The notes: generated by a model not told the origin, from the sequence alone. A DNA stretch of 64,000 bases from Basidiobolus meristosporus CBS 931.73 (GCA_002104905.1 MCFE01000086.1:62001-126000), one strand, 5' to 3'; counted from the first letter of the stretch, positions 1 to 13,715 are shown. Translations and numbers: made by a program.

Positions 1-543
1 CAAACAAGCAAATGTTTGCAAGATGTATATGGAACCAGCAGTACAAGGTACATTGCATCTTTGCAAGTATCACACTAACAAGCTGTAAAGTTGCAGTAAC
101 AGAAGTGTGTCAATTGCGGCAGGTGTGCTTGTTTGTAGAGGTTAGTAAGCAAGAGACAATATTTTCTTTTATTTGAACTATATGTGGAATATCCAAGATA
201 GTATTGGGTATGCAAATACAGAGGGGTGATTCTACAGTAGAATGTATGAATTGTACAGGGGAGGTAGAAAAAGAATATACCATTTAAGGCAATTGGATGT
301 CCTGGACAGTTGGATCCATTTAAATAGTTGTAGAGCACAATAAGACCACCATAATACCATGCAATTATTTTCACAGCACTAATCCTATCTTGTCATGTGC
401 TATCACTTTTTTTGGCAGTAAAATTAGCAAACACCATTGTGGTCCTGCCATAAGATTGTTAAAAGGGTAACTAGTGTCAAGCTGACAGTGTCATGACAGT
501 CAATAAATGGGATCCTGATGGCTGATCTGGATTGGATCCACAC
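1..543 (+). mobile_element. 3' fragment of CACTA/EnSpm-like DNA transposon
   Basis: Matches 35650-35900 and the reverse complement of 25265-25920. Shared similarity with the latter ends at ...GGATTGGATCCAC (543). Confidence 0.7.
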
Positions 544-645
544 ACAGGCCCAAAATATTTTTCATAGGTAACTTCTCCCCTATGATGTGAAAGCATATTC
601 TATGGGCTTTATCTTTGCGCACTTTTGTTGTGCTTCAAACACTAT

Positions 646-1378
646 AGATTTGTTCTGTTGGATAGTGCCTCATTTAGCCATGAGTGCCAATTGATGCCAT
701 AGTGTACCAGGGAAGCCAAGTGAGCCTATACTTGGCCACACAGTGCAAACCACAGCTGTGCATCTTCCTGCAAAGCAGCCCCTGTGTCTCACTCATTGTA
801 CTGGAGAAAATCCATTTTTTGACCTTTTTTTGGATTAATGTTGTGCATGATATATAAGAGCACAGAAGAACTGAAGACATGCACTTGGTACTTGATACCC
901 ATGGTACTCTGAATCTAGCTCCTGTAGCTTGTATTATATCACAAAATCAATGGCACTATCTTGGTCCACTGGTACTATCTGGCATTATGAGTGCTTTGTA
1001 TAGGTCTTACTTTAGGGCTAATATTTAAATATAGTGCATGATAGTACCAGTGGACCAAGATAGTGCCATTTATTTTTGTGATATAATACAAGCTAGAGGA
1101 GCTAGATTCAGAGTGCCATGGGTATTGTGTAACAGTTGCATGTCTTCAGATCTTCTGTGCTCTTACACATCCTGCACAACATTGAATCAAAAAAATATAG
1201 GCCAAAAAATGGATTTTCTCCAATACGACGGGTGAAACACAGGGGCTGACGTGCATGAAGATGCAGAGCTATGTTTCCCACTCTGTGGCCAAGTTTGGGT
1301 CTGCTATGCCTCACTGGCATGCAATTGCACTATTTGCCACTCATTGCTCAATATAGTACTATCCAACAGAACAAGTCT
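646..1378. mobile_element. Foldback/MITE, 733 bp, with ~340-bp inverted arms and 3-bp TSD TAT
   Basis: tat|AGATTTGTTCTGTTGGATAG ... CTATCCAACAGAACAAGTCT|tat. Removing it restores continuity with the empty site seen at 27480-27560. Confidence 0.85.
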
Positions 1379-1761
1379 TATATGCTGTTCCTCTACTCTT
1401 ACATTGAGCTACTTGAGTGCCTTCTTTGCAGCAAAGGTACTCCTCTCTCTACCTGGGAGACTGATTGCTCTACATGTATTATTGACCCATTGTGTTTCTG
1501 GAATATTTCCTAATTTCTTGGTGCCATTGCATGTATGCAATCTGCTACTGAACCTAATTATCTCACTAATGCTTTGGAATGAGCTGACAACATACTTGCT
1601 AATACTGCTGGTGGTGATGTTATAATGACTACTTGCTGGTCTTCAAATGAAGGCACTGCTTATAAGACATTTGCCTCTGCCTCAGCATTATGGTCAGCTT
1701 GTAGTGCTGCAAAGATTCCCTGTTGCCTACTTGACTGAGAGCCTGGGGAGTCTGCATTATT

Positions 1762-2492
1762 AGACTTACTCTGTTGGATAGTGTCACATTGAACCATGAG
1801 TGCCAAATGCTGCCATAGTGTGACAGGGAGGCCAAGTGAGCCTATACTTGGCCACAGCGTGTGAAGCATAGCTTTGCATCTTCATGCAATGCAGCCCCTG
1901 TGTTTCACCCATTATGTTGGAGAAAATCCATTTTTTGACCTTTTTTTTGGTCAATGTTGTGCAGGAAGTGAAAGAGCATAAAAGGATTGATGATATGCAT
2001 TGCGTACTCAGTACCCATGGCACTCTGAATTCTGCTCCTGTAGCTTGTATTATATCACAAAAATGAATGGCACTATCTTGGTCCACTGGTACTATCTGGT
2101 AGTATATTTAATTATTTGCCCTAATGTAAGACATATACAATGCAATTATAGTGCCATATAGTACTAGTGGACCAAGATAGTGCCATGCATTTTTGTGACA
2201 TGTTACAAGCCACAGGGGCTAGATTCAGAGTGCCATGGGTATTGAATACCAGATGCATGTCTGTAGTTCTTCAGTGCTCTTACACATCCTGCACAACATT
2301 GATCCACAAAAAAACGTCATAAATGGATTTTCTCCTGCATCATTGGTGAAACACAGGGGCTGCTTTGCATGAGGATGCAGAGCTATTCTTCATACTCTGT
2401 GGCCAAATATAGGTTCACTTGGTCTCTCTGGCACACTATGGCATCATTTGGCACTCATGGCTCAATGTGGCACTATCTAACAGATTGAGTCT
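1762..2492. mobile_element. Foldback/MITE copy 2, central spacer in opposite orientation to copy 1
   Basis: att|AGACTTACTCTGTTGGATAG ... CTATCTAACAGATTGAGTCT|aat. Arms 1762-2098 and ~2155-2492 are inverted. Flanks map to 32780 and 33066, implying an associated ~290-bp deletion. Confidence 0.8.
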
Positions 2493-3544
2493 AATGTCTC
2501 AAATACCAGACTCTCTTAAATTCACATGAGTATTGACCAAAAGGTGGTACAATAGTGTTACATTGTTGAAGGTCAAGCTGTTTGCCCAATGAACAAGACT
2601 ACATTGACTCAACGCCATAAGAGAAGAGAAAAAGACCATGCAGCTATTGTGGCAAGCCTCACAGCCATGAAGCATGCAGACAGCATAGGGAGTGCTACAA
2701 GGATTGTGGCCAGTGTTTTGCCACACAAGTTATATTTGACCATTAATTAGTCACTACTGCACTGACATTATCTTGCTGGCCAGTTGATATTTATATATTA
2801 GCATCTGACCATCTTTGTCACCTTGCGCAAACTGAGTCAGGTGAGTTTGTGATGCCTTTACACTCACCTCAGCCTTCTGAATATAGCATGCAGAGTGATA
2901 GCTCCAACAAAGAAGGTTCACTGATTGATTGTGAGCCTACTTCCCTTGACAGCAGTACCATGTATGAGCCTGGTCTAATCCCAATATGCATTGAGACAAC
3001 ACCTGTTGAAACAAATGCCAAGGATATTTATGGTGCCAAGTGAGCCCAGTAAACCATCTACTGGTGAATGATGTAATATTGTGGCTAGAGAAGTTGCATG
3101 TTTCAACCAAAATCAGTAATGGGAGCTTTGGGTTTTATTACTACTACTTGTCAAAATCATTCCAGGATGCAGCTTACCATGTACATGGTACAAGTGGACA
3201 ACCATCATGTGGCTAGCAACATATGATCCAGAGACTGTCCTGACACCTGCCTGTGTTAACAGTGGCATGACATTCACACCCAATAATGCTACCATTACAC
3301 ATGTACAAATTGTCAGGAATCCACCACTATTGAGGGAAAAGATTGTTCACACTCCGGATATATTCCAGTAATACCCTGTCTGAGGAAGTTAAGGCAGTCT
3401 GACAAATATTGCAAAGCTATACAGTACTGCACTCAGTATCAATCAAGCACAAACATATCCAACATATATGATGGCGAACATTACAAACCACTAAGTAAGG
3501 AATCCTTTCACTTTCTGATTTTAGACACTCATTCACCTCCTGCA

Positions 3545-4205
3545 TTTGTGTACATTGATTGGCTATTGCCTCTTTTCACATGCCTAGAGCTAATAGAGCT
3601 GAATTTGATTCATCTGGCTTATACTTTATATATAATAGTCTGCAGTACTCCTATTGTAACTCATATATTCCAAATATGAATATATCTTGCAATTCCAGGC
3701 TCTTGGTAATTGTTTGAGACCTTAAAGAGATATCTTAAGCTTGCAGACCAAATGGGGGTCATCCTGGTCAGCAAACCCTTTTGGCTGGTCCATACACATA
3801 TCCTTATCAAGTTTTGCATTCAAAAATCCAGCCTTTACATTATTTTATGCATAAAGACATATATTTAGCTGCAATACCTAATATCAATCTGATATAATTA
3901 AGCTTGGCTACAGGTGCAAAGGTCTCAGTATTGCCACAAACTATTGTGTGAGAGTATTCTTTGGCCACAAGTCATTCTTTGTATCTTTCAATTATATTAT
4001 CTACCATGTATTTTGTCTTGAAGACCCATCTTCATCCATTTAACTTTGGCTGATTGGTTAAGTGACCAATTCACAAGCTTGATTTTCCATTGGGCTGGAT
4101 ACTCCTCAGTCTTTGCAGATCTCCAAAACCTCATCTGAAGGATCTCAAAGGTCTATGTTACAGTCTGGGGCTCATTAACATAGACTGAATAGGCATAGGC
4201 CCAGT
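3545..4205 (-). mobile_element. Ty1/Copia reverse-transcriptase fragment
   Basis: Reverse complement aligns to the Copia RT region at ~41965-42620, starting at YAYSVYVNEPQTV. Confidence 0.75.
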
Positions 4206-7200
4206 TTGTTTCTTCTCAAGAGCCATACTGAGTCTACTTCATGAAGCTTGGGGCTAGGCTGTTGTTTGTTGTCTGCAAACCTCTTGTACCACTCATGGGC
4301 TAAGCATAGTGCTTTCCTGTGTGTATCTTAAGTTTCTGGAATGTTTGACACATGTTCAGTTGCTAGGGGGTTGGTGGGGCTTGTTGGAATCTGAATATCT
4401 AATTGCAGATGGAAACTCTCTGTAGAATAGAATAGGGTGAGACCAGTTGCACTATTACATAAGTTGTTGTAGGCAAATTCTGCAAGTGGTTGCCGCTTGG
4501 TCCAGTTGTCATGCTGATGATTGATATAGCACCAGGGGCATTGTTCAAGGATCTGGTTAATTCTCTCAGTCTGACCTTCTTACTGAGGAGGGAAAGCAGT
4601 TCAGAGCTTGACTTGCACACTAAGATATTGCATGAAGTGTTGCCAGTATATTGATATGAGCAGGGGTCCTCTATCAGATACAATGTCACTGGGTATACTG
4701 TGGAGCCTGAAAAAGATCTAGACAACTAAGTAGACAGTCTCCTTGGCATCTATGTTTGTTGAGCAAGAAGTTAAGTGAGCCATCTTTGTGAGTCTATCTG
4801 CCGCCAGAAGAATTGAATTAGATTGGTTAGGTTCTGGGATGTAGGTAACAAAGTCCATGGAAATTGACTTTTATTGCTTATCAGGGATTGGCAAGGGCTG
4901 GAGAAGTTCATATGGCTGGTATATGGCAGATTATGCAAAATTTCATGTATGCAAGGATTAGTGGTACTCCTTGACAAGGGATAGCATCTTGGGCCATCAG
5001 AAGTCTCCCATGACTGTATTCATGGTTTGGTGATACCAAAATATCCTGCAGCCATTGAATCATGGCATTAATGATGATGTCCAGTGGAGTATTAAGGTCT
5101 GGGACAAACAGTTGGTGCTTGCGGTAGCTGATGTCATTGAATAAGTACAGGTACTGGAGGTTTGGGAACCTGGGTGGTGGGTTAGTGGAAGACTTGAGAT
5201 ATTTCCTGATTGTTGCAGCTGTGGAATTGGTAGCTTGGCTGGTCTTGACTTTTTCACCAAGTAAAGATGCAATAATACTAGAGGACTGGGTTTCAAGGAG
5301 TTCACAGTGTCTTTTGTTGAGTGCTGAGTTTTTCATTTGCCAACAGTCCTAATTCCTTTCTTCAAGGGAATAATCCACCTTTCTAGACAGGTCCTCAGCT
5401 TATCCTTGTTTTGCACTTGATCTATAGGTGATGCAAAGTCAAAATTGGACAGAAAGAGAGACTATCTAGCATGTCTCTGGTTTAGTCCTCTTGAGGTAGT
5501 AAAGTACCCAAGGTTCTTGTGGTCACAAACAATCTTTATCTTTTGGCTGCACCATCAAGTCAGAGTCTCCATTGCTCCAAGGTAACAATAATTGCAAGTA
5601 ATAACTTGTCCTTATGTATCATAGTTTACTACTGCTGAGGTTACCATACTTTTTTTGAGAAAGATGATTAGGGCACCTACTGGTGACTTAGGGTGCTTAA
5701 TAAAAACTTTCTGGAGGTTTTCTTTGACATAGCTATGGAGCTCTTGCAACTTAGGCTGTGAAAGGGTGTGATAGGACCAAAAGGTGGGCACTGTCCATCT
5801 TCAAGGTCATGGGGACAATCACAGAGCCTATGTAGTGTGGAAATAAGTAGGAGTCTGCCCAAGTAGTAATACATTATAAACTGGTACTTAGTTCAAGGAT
5901 GTATAGCAGAATATTAACTTAGAAATCACCTTATCAGATATTTACTAATTATTAGGAACTATTAAAGTACAAAATTTTAGGAAAATCTGAAACTTGTCCA
6001 AATGAGTTGCAACTTGGTACATGTACTCCTGAGACTAGTATTGACCAAGTGGTTACATTTACATAACCTGGCAATAAGTATAAAAGATGTGTTGCAACTG
6101 AATCAATCAGCAAGTGAATATCATGTAAATATTCTAATTATACATTTCACTTCCATTTACCTCTTTGTTATTTCAACATGTGCTGGGAGTAGCTCTGCCA
6201 TCTTCTTATCAAAGACATGAGCAAACTCTTGATACTTGGCAGGTACTCCATTGGAGGGGGTTCCTTCAGTAATGATGGGCTCCTGGGTCTGGTGTAGCTT
6301 GGGAAAAGACACTTTTTTACATGAAAAGTCAGATGCTTTTATGGGGTTTTACATGGTGAACTCTGGGGGATACCAGGGTTTTGGTCTTCCAGTTGATAAC
6401 AGGATATGCTGACTAAGCCATGAGCTTCCAAGGGCCATGGAATAGTGAGGAGAGTTGATGATGCTGAAGGCTAGTGTCTCATGATGATCAGTACTGGACA
6501 GCTGAAGTAGACATGTCTCATGAGTAGCAGCACCAGAGGAAAGGGATCTTCCATCAGCAGCTTCTATTTGGACAGGCCTGGATTCCAGGACAGTGGTGAT
6601 TCTGTGCTTCTGGACTAAGGACTGGTCAATAAAACAGGAAAAAGCAACAGAATATATGAGGCCAAGGACATTGACAGGGCTGGATTGAGGGATGTGGATC
6701 TTTACAGGCATTCTCAAGAACTGGATGGACTTGGTGGTGTACAATGCTTTTTGAATGTGTTGAATATTCATTGCGGTTCAGTTGCAATTCTTTCATTTTA
6801 ACTGGAAACAGGAGTTTCTCAACCGTTCTGGAAAAGGCTGTTCACTGGATGACTGTAGGTGTTTGAAGCTGTACTTCTTGTCAGTACAAGACTTAGCAAA
6901 GTGGCCTGGTTGGCCACAGTAAAGGCAGCAGCTTGCCTGTTGACATTTAGATCTTTCTACTTTTGTAAACTTATCGTATTTCAAACTGTCAATTTTCATG
7001 AGATCATCAGGCATAGTACTAGGTGACCAGATTACTGGGAAGGAGGTTGTCTGATATATATATCAGAGCTTCTGCATCTTCTGGAAAAGGCAATTATCAC
7101 ATTGGATGACTTGGTGCATAGCTTCACCCACGGTAGTGTACTCAGGGAGTGTGAGTAGTGGGTCACTGATTTCATCATTAAGTCCATCTTGAAACTGACT

Positions 7201-7650
7201 AATAACAGCAGCATTGTTGTATCCAAGAGAAACGCTTAATAAAACTCTTGATTGGTTTAACTGAACCTAGGTGACCACTAGATGCAGAATCTTGAAATTA
7301 TCAGAAAGTGGCAGAAATATTAGCAGAGAGGTACTGGTCTAATGATGGTCTTGTATACAGCTGGGTTTGGCTATAAAGGTAGCAGAGTTGGCTTGCTATG
7401 CAGGCTAGGCTGGGTGTGCTTGGGAGTGCTGTATGTGCTAGGCCTGGATAGACACTTGAGTGCAACTGTTGTGTTCTTATCTTTGTTTAGACGCTTGAAA
7501 TCATGGTAGGTGGGAATCTGAATAGGCTGTAGAGTATTTTGGCCCTCAGGCTGAGCAACAGAGTGACTGAGATCTGCATTGTTTTGTTGCAGCTGACCAA
7601 TGGCAGCTATGAGGCTTGCAAAGCTGTACTCTGGACTGGGCATGTTGAGT
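4206..7650 (-). mobile_element. Degenerate Ty3/Gypsy family B (gag-CCHC, protease, partly deleted RT, RNase H end, integrase)
   Basis: CLYCGQPGHFAKSC (6793-7014). Protease-like FIDQSLV...VQIEAADGRSL (6349-6771). RT start DLEDGQCPPFGPI (~5800). Integrase NQILEQCPWCYINHQHDNWTK..LAEFAYNN (~4450-4560) and KRFADNKQQPSPK..DSVWLLRRN. Confidence 0.8.
5875..6178 (-). repeat. Unrelated ~300-bp insert in Gypsy B, possibly a solo LTR
   Basis: Interrupts the protease-RT linker and begins TGTTGAAA on minus. No clean TSD found. Confidence 0.35.
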
Positions 7651-8063
7651 TGGCAGGAGGTGGAGAGGTTTCTTGAGCTTGTGCAGAAATACTTGATGCT
7701 ACTAGCTAATGTATGGATTATAGGGCCACTAGTTTGGCAAAAATGTAATTATTGGGCCGCAATTCCCGACCTTGCATAATTTAGCATCACTTCAGAAGGT
7801 ATTAGCCCCTAATGTCCTTTGATTGAGTATTGTACTAGAGTTTCCAATACTCTAGCATCTGTAAACTGTGCCAGCAGGGTAGCAAGGAGAATGCAGCTTT
7901 GGCCAATAATTTTACAGCAGTGGAGTGTCTTTGCCTCTAGAGGACAAGACTAGGGGAAGACTGAGAGTGATACTTGTAGTAGGTATTCATTTACAAGTTC
8001 TTGTCCAGAATTATGGATAAAAGACACATATCCACAGGTAAGTCAAGAGCAGTCTGATAAAAC

Positions 8064-8160
8064 TGTTATGAATAGAAACAAGGGAGGAGAGCAGTGCAGG
8101 CAAGGCAGGACCAGGAATGGACTTTGGTGTGGATTAACTAGGTAAGGCAGATTCCAAGGC
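8064..8160 (+). repeat. LTR-like repeat, with an inverted copy at ~45085-45180
   Basis: TGTTATGAATAG...GGCAAGGCAGGACCAGGAATGGACTTTGGTGTGGATTAAC matches the reverse complement of 45085-45180. Confidence 0.55.
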
Positions 8161-8214
8161 AAAGCTGTTTATTCAAGACTTGTGTTTATCAGATTGAGGA
8201 ATATATGAGGGGAG

Positions 8215-8520
8215 ATAGAACTATATCTACTTTTTGGCACCATTAACAACAAGTATTTTATTGTCTTTTTCAACAGTTGCTTTCTTTACCATGGCTTTAA
8301 ACTCCCCAAACTTAGGTAAAGCCTCTACCATACTTCACATAAAGTAGACTCACATTCATCTTGTAAAATCATCAATAAAAGTGCTCAAATACATGATCAG
8401 GCCTTAAGATAAAATTTGCACAGGTCCCACAGATCTAAGTAAATAGGATCTAATTGTTCTGAGTTTTGATTCACCTGGAGATCCCAAACAATTATCTGGC
8501 TTGTTGCTCATAGATGCAGG
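8215..8520 (-). mobile_element. Ty1/Copia integrase fragment
   Basis: Aligns to 37800-38100 (DDFTR...EALPKFGEFKAMVK). Confidence 0.7.
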
Positions 8521-8613
8521 CTCTTAAGTGATCAAATCACTTATTTAACTAATTGGCCAAAACATCCATTGCCACATACAGCAAGAAACTGACATTTCCT
8601 GAAGGCCTAATTG

Positions 8614-11600
8614 TGTTATGATCTGCTGCCTGAAGGTTTAAGTTAGATCAGTTTTTAGTCAAATCAATTAGTATATGTTTAGGTTATCAGTATATCTGTA
8701 TTATCTATCAAATCAGTAGCATTAGTCAGCAAATGAATCAGCAGATCCTTATCACACAGAAATAGATATAGTAAGTAGGATCTTATTGGGTAATGATGAT
8801 GCAATCAAATAAGTCATCAGCAACAGCCTACATTAGGAAATACAATTACTCAGCAATTGATCTGGCAAAATGTATATAAGGAGCTGCTGGAACCTCAATA
8901 AAGAACAGTCCAAGTTTAAGTGAATACAATACTAGCTAAACTCCCTATTCCTCTACAACTCTTATACCAAGACTTGTAACATTGGTAGCAGCAATAACCA
9001 GAGACCTCCCTCCTGAAGAAGGAAGAAGCCTCCCTCAAGATGTCCAAAAATCAAGAATGGAAGAATGCTATGCAGCAAATCTTGGCCCAGCAGCAACAGT
9101 TACTCCAGATCCTTAGCCAGCAACATCAAGGAATGACTACCATGGCCCAATGCCAGCAAAACCCCGCCAAGAGCAACTTTAGTGTGAAGGCCAACTGGTA
9201 CCATGGTAGAATCAATGAAAACCTGGGAACTTGGCTCTTCCAGATTGAAAAAGCTTTCAAGGCTAAGAGAATTGCTCCAGAAAGCAAGTTACATTATGCA
9301 GCCTCTTACCTGGCAGACGCAGCATTACAGTGGTACCACAACAAGTTCAGGTCATCAACCATGATGGGATGCTCTACAATCTCTACCTGGGATGAGTTTG
9401 TGTTGGAAATTCAGGATGCCTTTAACCCCCACACCAACAGACACTATTAAGAGGAAAATTGAAGACACTCAGACAGAAAGGAATGGTCCAAGAGTACATC
9501 TATGAATATAGATGTCTACTTGGGCAAATTGAAAGAATGGACCCTCTGGATCAAGTTGAATACTTTATTGATGGGTTAAAAGAAAGAACTTGTAAGGAAG
9601 TGAATTATCAAAGACCTCAGAATATTTAAGAAGTTATCAAGATTGCCATTGACTATGACTCAGCCATGTTTGGAGTTGGGAAGCCCACAATGACTAATCA
9701 GAGAGGCTACAATCACTATGAAAGAAGACAATCAGAAGCAGTGCCAATGCAAATAGACATTATACAGAAGAATCCTACCTTAGAAGAATGTAAGAAGAAA
9801 AGACTTTGCTTTAACTGCCACCAGCAGGGACATATTGCAAAGTACTGCCCTCAGAGAAGAGAAGGACACCAGCCATCAAGAACCTTCAACTTTATTGATG
9901 CTCTGGAGCAATGTAGCATGGAGGATGAACTTGAAGAAGACTCAGAACTCACCTTCCATATGACAGAAGAGTACCTTTCCCAGATGACCTCAAACTCAGG
10001 AAGGCTATTACACTTGAATGGAGTAATCAATGGAGTACCTGCCAAAATCATGATTGACTCAGGAGCATTGCACAAGTATATGTCAGAGCAATTTGATTTG
10101 AAAGCTGAAATCAACTCAGAACCCACCATATCAACTTCAGTCCCAACTGCTGATGGGAACTCTCACATAATCAACCATACTACTCAGCCAGTAAGGATGA
10201 AGATCAATGACTATGAAGAAGATATACATGCCTATATATTTGGGAACTGCAAGTTTGACCTTGACTTGGGAAAACCTGGCTATTTTGTTGTAATCCATAG
10301 ATCAACTGGAGAACCCATGCCACTCAGATACAGAAGGACAACAAGACCTACAAGCTATTACCTGCCAGACTGGATTTTAACTTGGTCAGTTCCAGTGTGT
10401 GTGAAACAAGTGAACTTAGCAAGACACAGTTCTGTTGAGCACTACAAAAAGGCACCCAGATGTTCCTCATGGCAGTATTATGGGAGGATTCCTCTACTCC
10501 AGTACCTCAGAAGGTACAGACTCTCTTGAAGGAATATTCAGATGTATTTTCAGATGAACTTGTAAGCCTACCACCAGTCAGAGACATAGATCATGCCATT
10601 GACACAGGAGATAGCCCCCCAGTGAGTAAGACACCTTACAGAATGAGTCCATTGGAGTTGGAGGAGATGAAGAGACAAATAGATCAGTTATTGGAGCAAG
10701 GATATATCAGACCCAGCAAGTCACCATGGGGAGCACCATTTCTTTTTGTGAAGATGAAGGATGGAACACTTACACTGTTCATTAACTACAGAGCCTACAA
10801 CTCAGTTACCATGAATAATAAGTACCCCTTACCCAAGATTGATGAACTTTTGGACCAAGTCAATGGAGCCATTCTATTCAGCAAGATTGACCTCATGTCA
10901 GGATACAACCAGATTAGGGTGAAGCCAGAAGATATCCTTAAGACAGCATTCAGGACCAGATATGGACATTATGAGTACTTAGTCATGAGTGTAGGCCTCA
11001 CCACTGCCCCTGCAACATTCTTGACACTGATGCAGACTGTTTTCCAGGAGTACTTGGACAAGTTTGTGATAATCTACCTGGATGACATATTGATATACAA
11101 CAAGACGGAAGAGGATCACAAGGTGCACATTGAAAAGGTCTTGAAGAAGCTAAGAGAGAACAAGCTATATGGCAAGCTAGCCAAGTGTGAGCTCTTCAAG
11201 GAATATGTTGAGTACCTGAGACACATAGTGACTAGCACAAGAGTGACCTTAGACCTTAAGAAGGTTGAAGTTATCAAGAACCTGAAGCAGCCCCATAGAA
11301 TATCAGAGCTCAGATCATTCCTTGGAATGGTTTCCTATTATCAGAGATTTGCCAAGTCCTTTGCAAGTGCTGCTGCCCCTTTAACTGATATCCCCATGAA
11401 AGACAATAGCTACAAGTGGGACATAGCTTGTGAAACTGCCATCCACATGCTCAAGAATGAACTTGCTAAGCTGCCAAGCTTAAGAATACCTGACTTCAGG
11501 AAAGAGTTTACTCTGTGCAGAGATGCTTCCAATTATGCAATTGGTGGAGTGTTGAGCCAAGAACACAAGGGAAAGGACTACCCTGTTGCCTTTGAATCCA

Positions 11601-12475
11601 TAAAACTGAACTTAGCAGAACAAAACTATCCAGTGCATGAGAAGCAGATGCTTGCTACAATACACTGTTTGAAGACATGGAGATGCTATATTGAAGGAGT
11701 CAAATGCACTGTGACAGCTGATCATGGCTCCCTCAAGTATACATTTACTGAGAAGGTACTCTCTAGAAGAATGCCAAGATGGAGTGAATACATTCAGCAA
11801 TTTGACTTAGAGATTGTCTACTGCCCTGGAAAAAACAACATGGTTGCTGATGCCTTATCAACATTAGAACAAAATACACAACTCAACTTGGTGCATGAAT
11901 CAGATTGGCCTAGCCTATTACCAAAGTACTAGGAGGACCAAGCCATTCCTGATGAGGTGGATGAAGATACCAAGAAGATAACCCAGGACAAAGCCAGCAA
12001 ATTTACAGTACAGGATGAAACACTCTACCAAATTGTTGATGGAAGCCCTGTTGCCTATTGCCCTTATGTTTCTTGCCTGGATTTATTACATAAGCTACAC
12101 AATGGATATGGACATCTTGGAATTGAAGGAACCTATAGCCTTGTGAAAGCCAGAGCATGGTGGCCCATAATGAAACAAGATATTGAGAAGCTAGTGAAAA
12201 CAAGCCCAAATTGCCAAATCAACCAAGGCCAACCACAGAGAATTGCTGAACTCTTTCTCTTGGAGCCTGTAAGACCATTTGAATGATGCACATTGACTTT
12301 ATTGGAAGACTGCCAACTACCAGGAAATGCAACCGTTAGATCCTAGTAGCAATTGACCATGCCACCAAATGGCCAGTTGCTAAAGCTGTACCTATAGTCA
12401 TTGAACAAGAAGTTGCAAGTTTCATCTACCATGAGATCCATATGAAATTTGGATGCCCTGTGGAGATTCTTGAGT
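8614..12475 (+). mobile_element. Ty3/Gypsy family A, 3'-truncated (5' LTR 8614-8981, PBS, gag, PR, RT, RNase H, partial integrase)
   Basis: LTR TGTTATG...GTAACA followed by TTGGTAGCAGC. CFNCHQQGHIAKYC, IMIDSGA, YLDDILIY, DASNYAIGGVLSQ, HNGYGHLG. Several stops and frameshifts. Confidence 0.92.
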
Positions 12476-13479
12476 CATAACTCAGGGGCAGCAACAGCTA
12501 AACTGACTGATGGAGACTCTGTGCCTGTAATAGCTAAGAACCTACTCTCAGTCAGTAATGTAACTACTCAGGGACTGAAATCTGTTTTACTAAGCTAAGC
12601 TGGTTGATGTTAAGCAAGAATGGATAAAAATCAATATTGGGAATCAGAAATCATAATATAAAGAAGATATCATACAAGATCATTGTACCTGAGTATTTCA
12701 AAATTGCTAAAACTGAGGTGTATTTTGTTAAGACAATGAATGAGGCTTTAGGGACCTTCAAGCACCTCAAGAACACGGCAGAAGCACAAACTGGGTGTAA
12801 ATCAAAGTTACTTTGAAGTGACAATGCTAAGGAATATTGCTCAAAGGAGTTTGCAGAATACTGTTCATATGCTGGTCTATCTTGACAGTTCACTGCTGCA
12901 CATTCTTTACAGGAAAATAAAGCAATAGTAGTCATGGCAAAATGTTGAAGCTGATCAAGGGCAAGGATCTGGTATTGAGGAGAAATCAGATCAGAAAGCC
13001 ACTGAGATCATTGGCCAGCTACCTGATGATGCAATTACCACTAATGAACAAGATAGGTACCCAATACAGTCAGATAGAAAAGAAAACTCTGCTAGCACCA
13101 TATCAGAACAGATTATGCCTGTTTGGAGGTCTATCAGAATAAGAAATGCCGCTGAATTTGTTGTGATGAATTATGATTAGTTTTGGGGCTTGTTCTACAA
13201 TTTAGAGGCTAATCAAAAATATACAACAACTTCCAGTATGCTAGCACTGAAATAGTTTATTGGGAGTTTGATATACCAATAGACAATATAACTTTGACTA
13301 ATATCCTCAATCTTAGGTTCAAAATATACTATAGGCAGTGTTTCTCACTTCTACAGCAGTGTTCTGACCTTCTGTCAACTAATGGGCTTATTTACTTTTA
13401 TAGTAACTTTTCCTTATTTGAAAGTCACTTTCCTTTCTGAGAAAATGTTTCCTAATATGGAAATTCTGACCTCCCCTGG

Positions 13480-13715
13480 AGTCTAAAGGGGTGTGTTGTA
13501 GAAGTCTCTAAAGGGGTATTTAGACCTAAAGGGGTGTCCAAAGGGGCATCTTTAGTGTCAAGGAGCTTCTTGTAATGGTCTCTAAAGTGGACTTTTCACT
13601 AAAGTGGTGCCTGAAGGGGCTTCTTAAAGGGGTCTCTACAGGCGTCTTTAGACTAAAGGGGTGTCTAAAGGGGTGTCTTAGGAGTAACGGGGTTTCTTAG
13701 AAGGGACTTTTCCAA
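13480..13715 (+). repeat. G-rich imperfect minisatellite (TAAAGGGGTGT-like units)
   Basis: About nine GGGG tracts plus variants (AAAGTGG, GAAGGGA) in ~235 bp. Confidence 0.75.

Larger units (their letters stand above)
545..3490. mobile_element. Degenerate CACTA-like element: ORF2 remnant on minus (545-1761) and transposase 5' part on plus (2493-3490), interrupted by two foldback MITEs
   Basis: Collinear with 27380-27650, 32520-32780 and 33066-34060. Remnant peptide SPQPSEYSMQSDSSNKEGSL matches the 33163 ORF. Confidence 0.75.

Noticed and set aside
461-476. TAGTG at 472-476 as a CACTA terminus
   Set aside because: Similarity with the inverted copy at 25265-25400 continues ~65 bp past it, to 543, so it is internal.
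4399-5336. Tyrosine-recombinase (Crypton/DIRS) reading of the minus-strand ORFs
   Set aside because: An alternative frame gives a clear Gypsy integrase (NQILEQ..DNW..LAEFAYNN).
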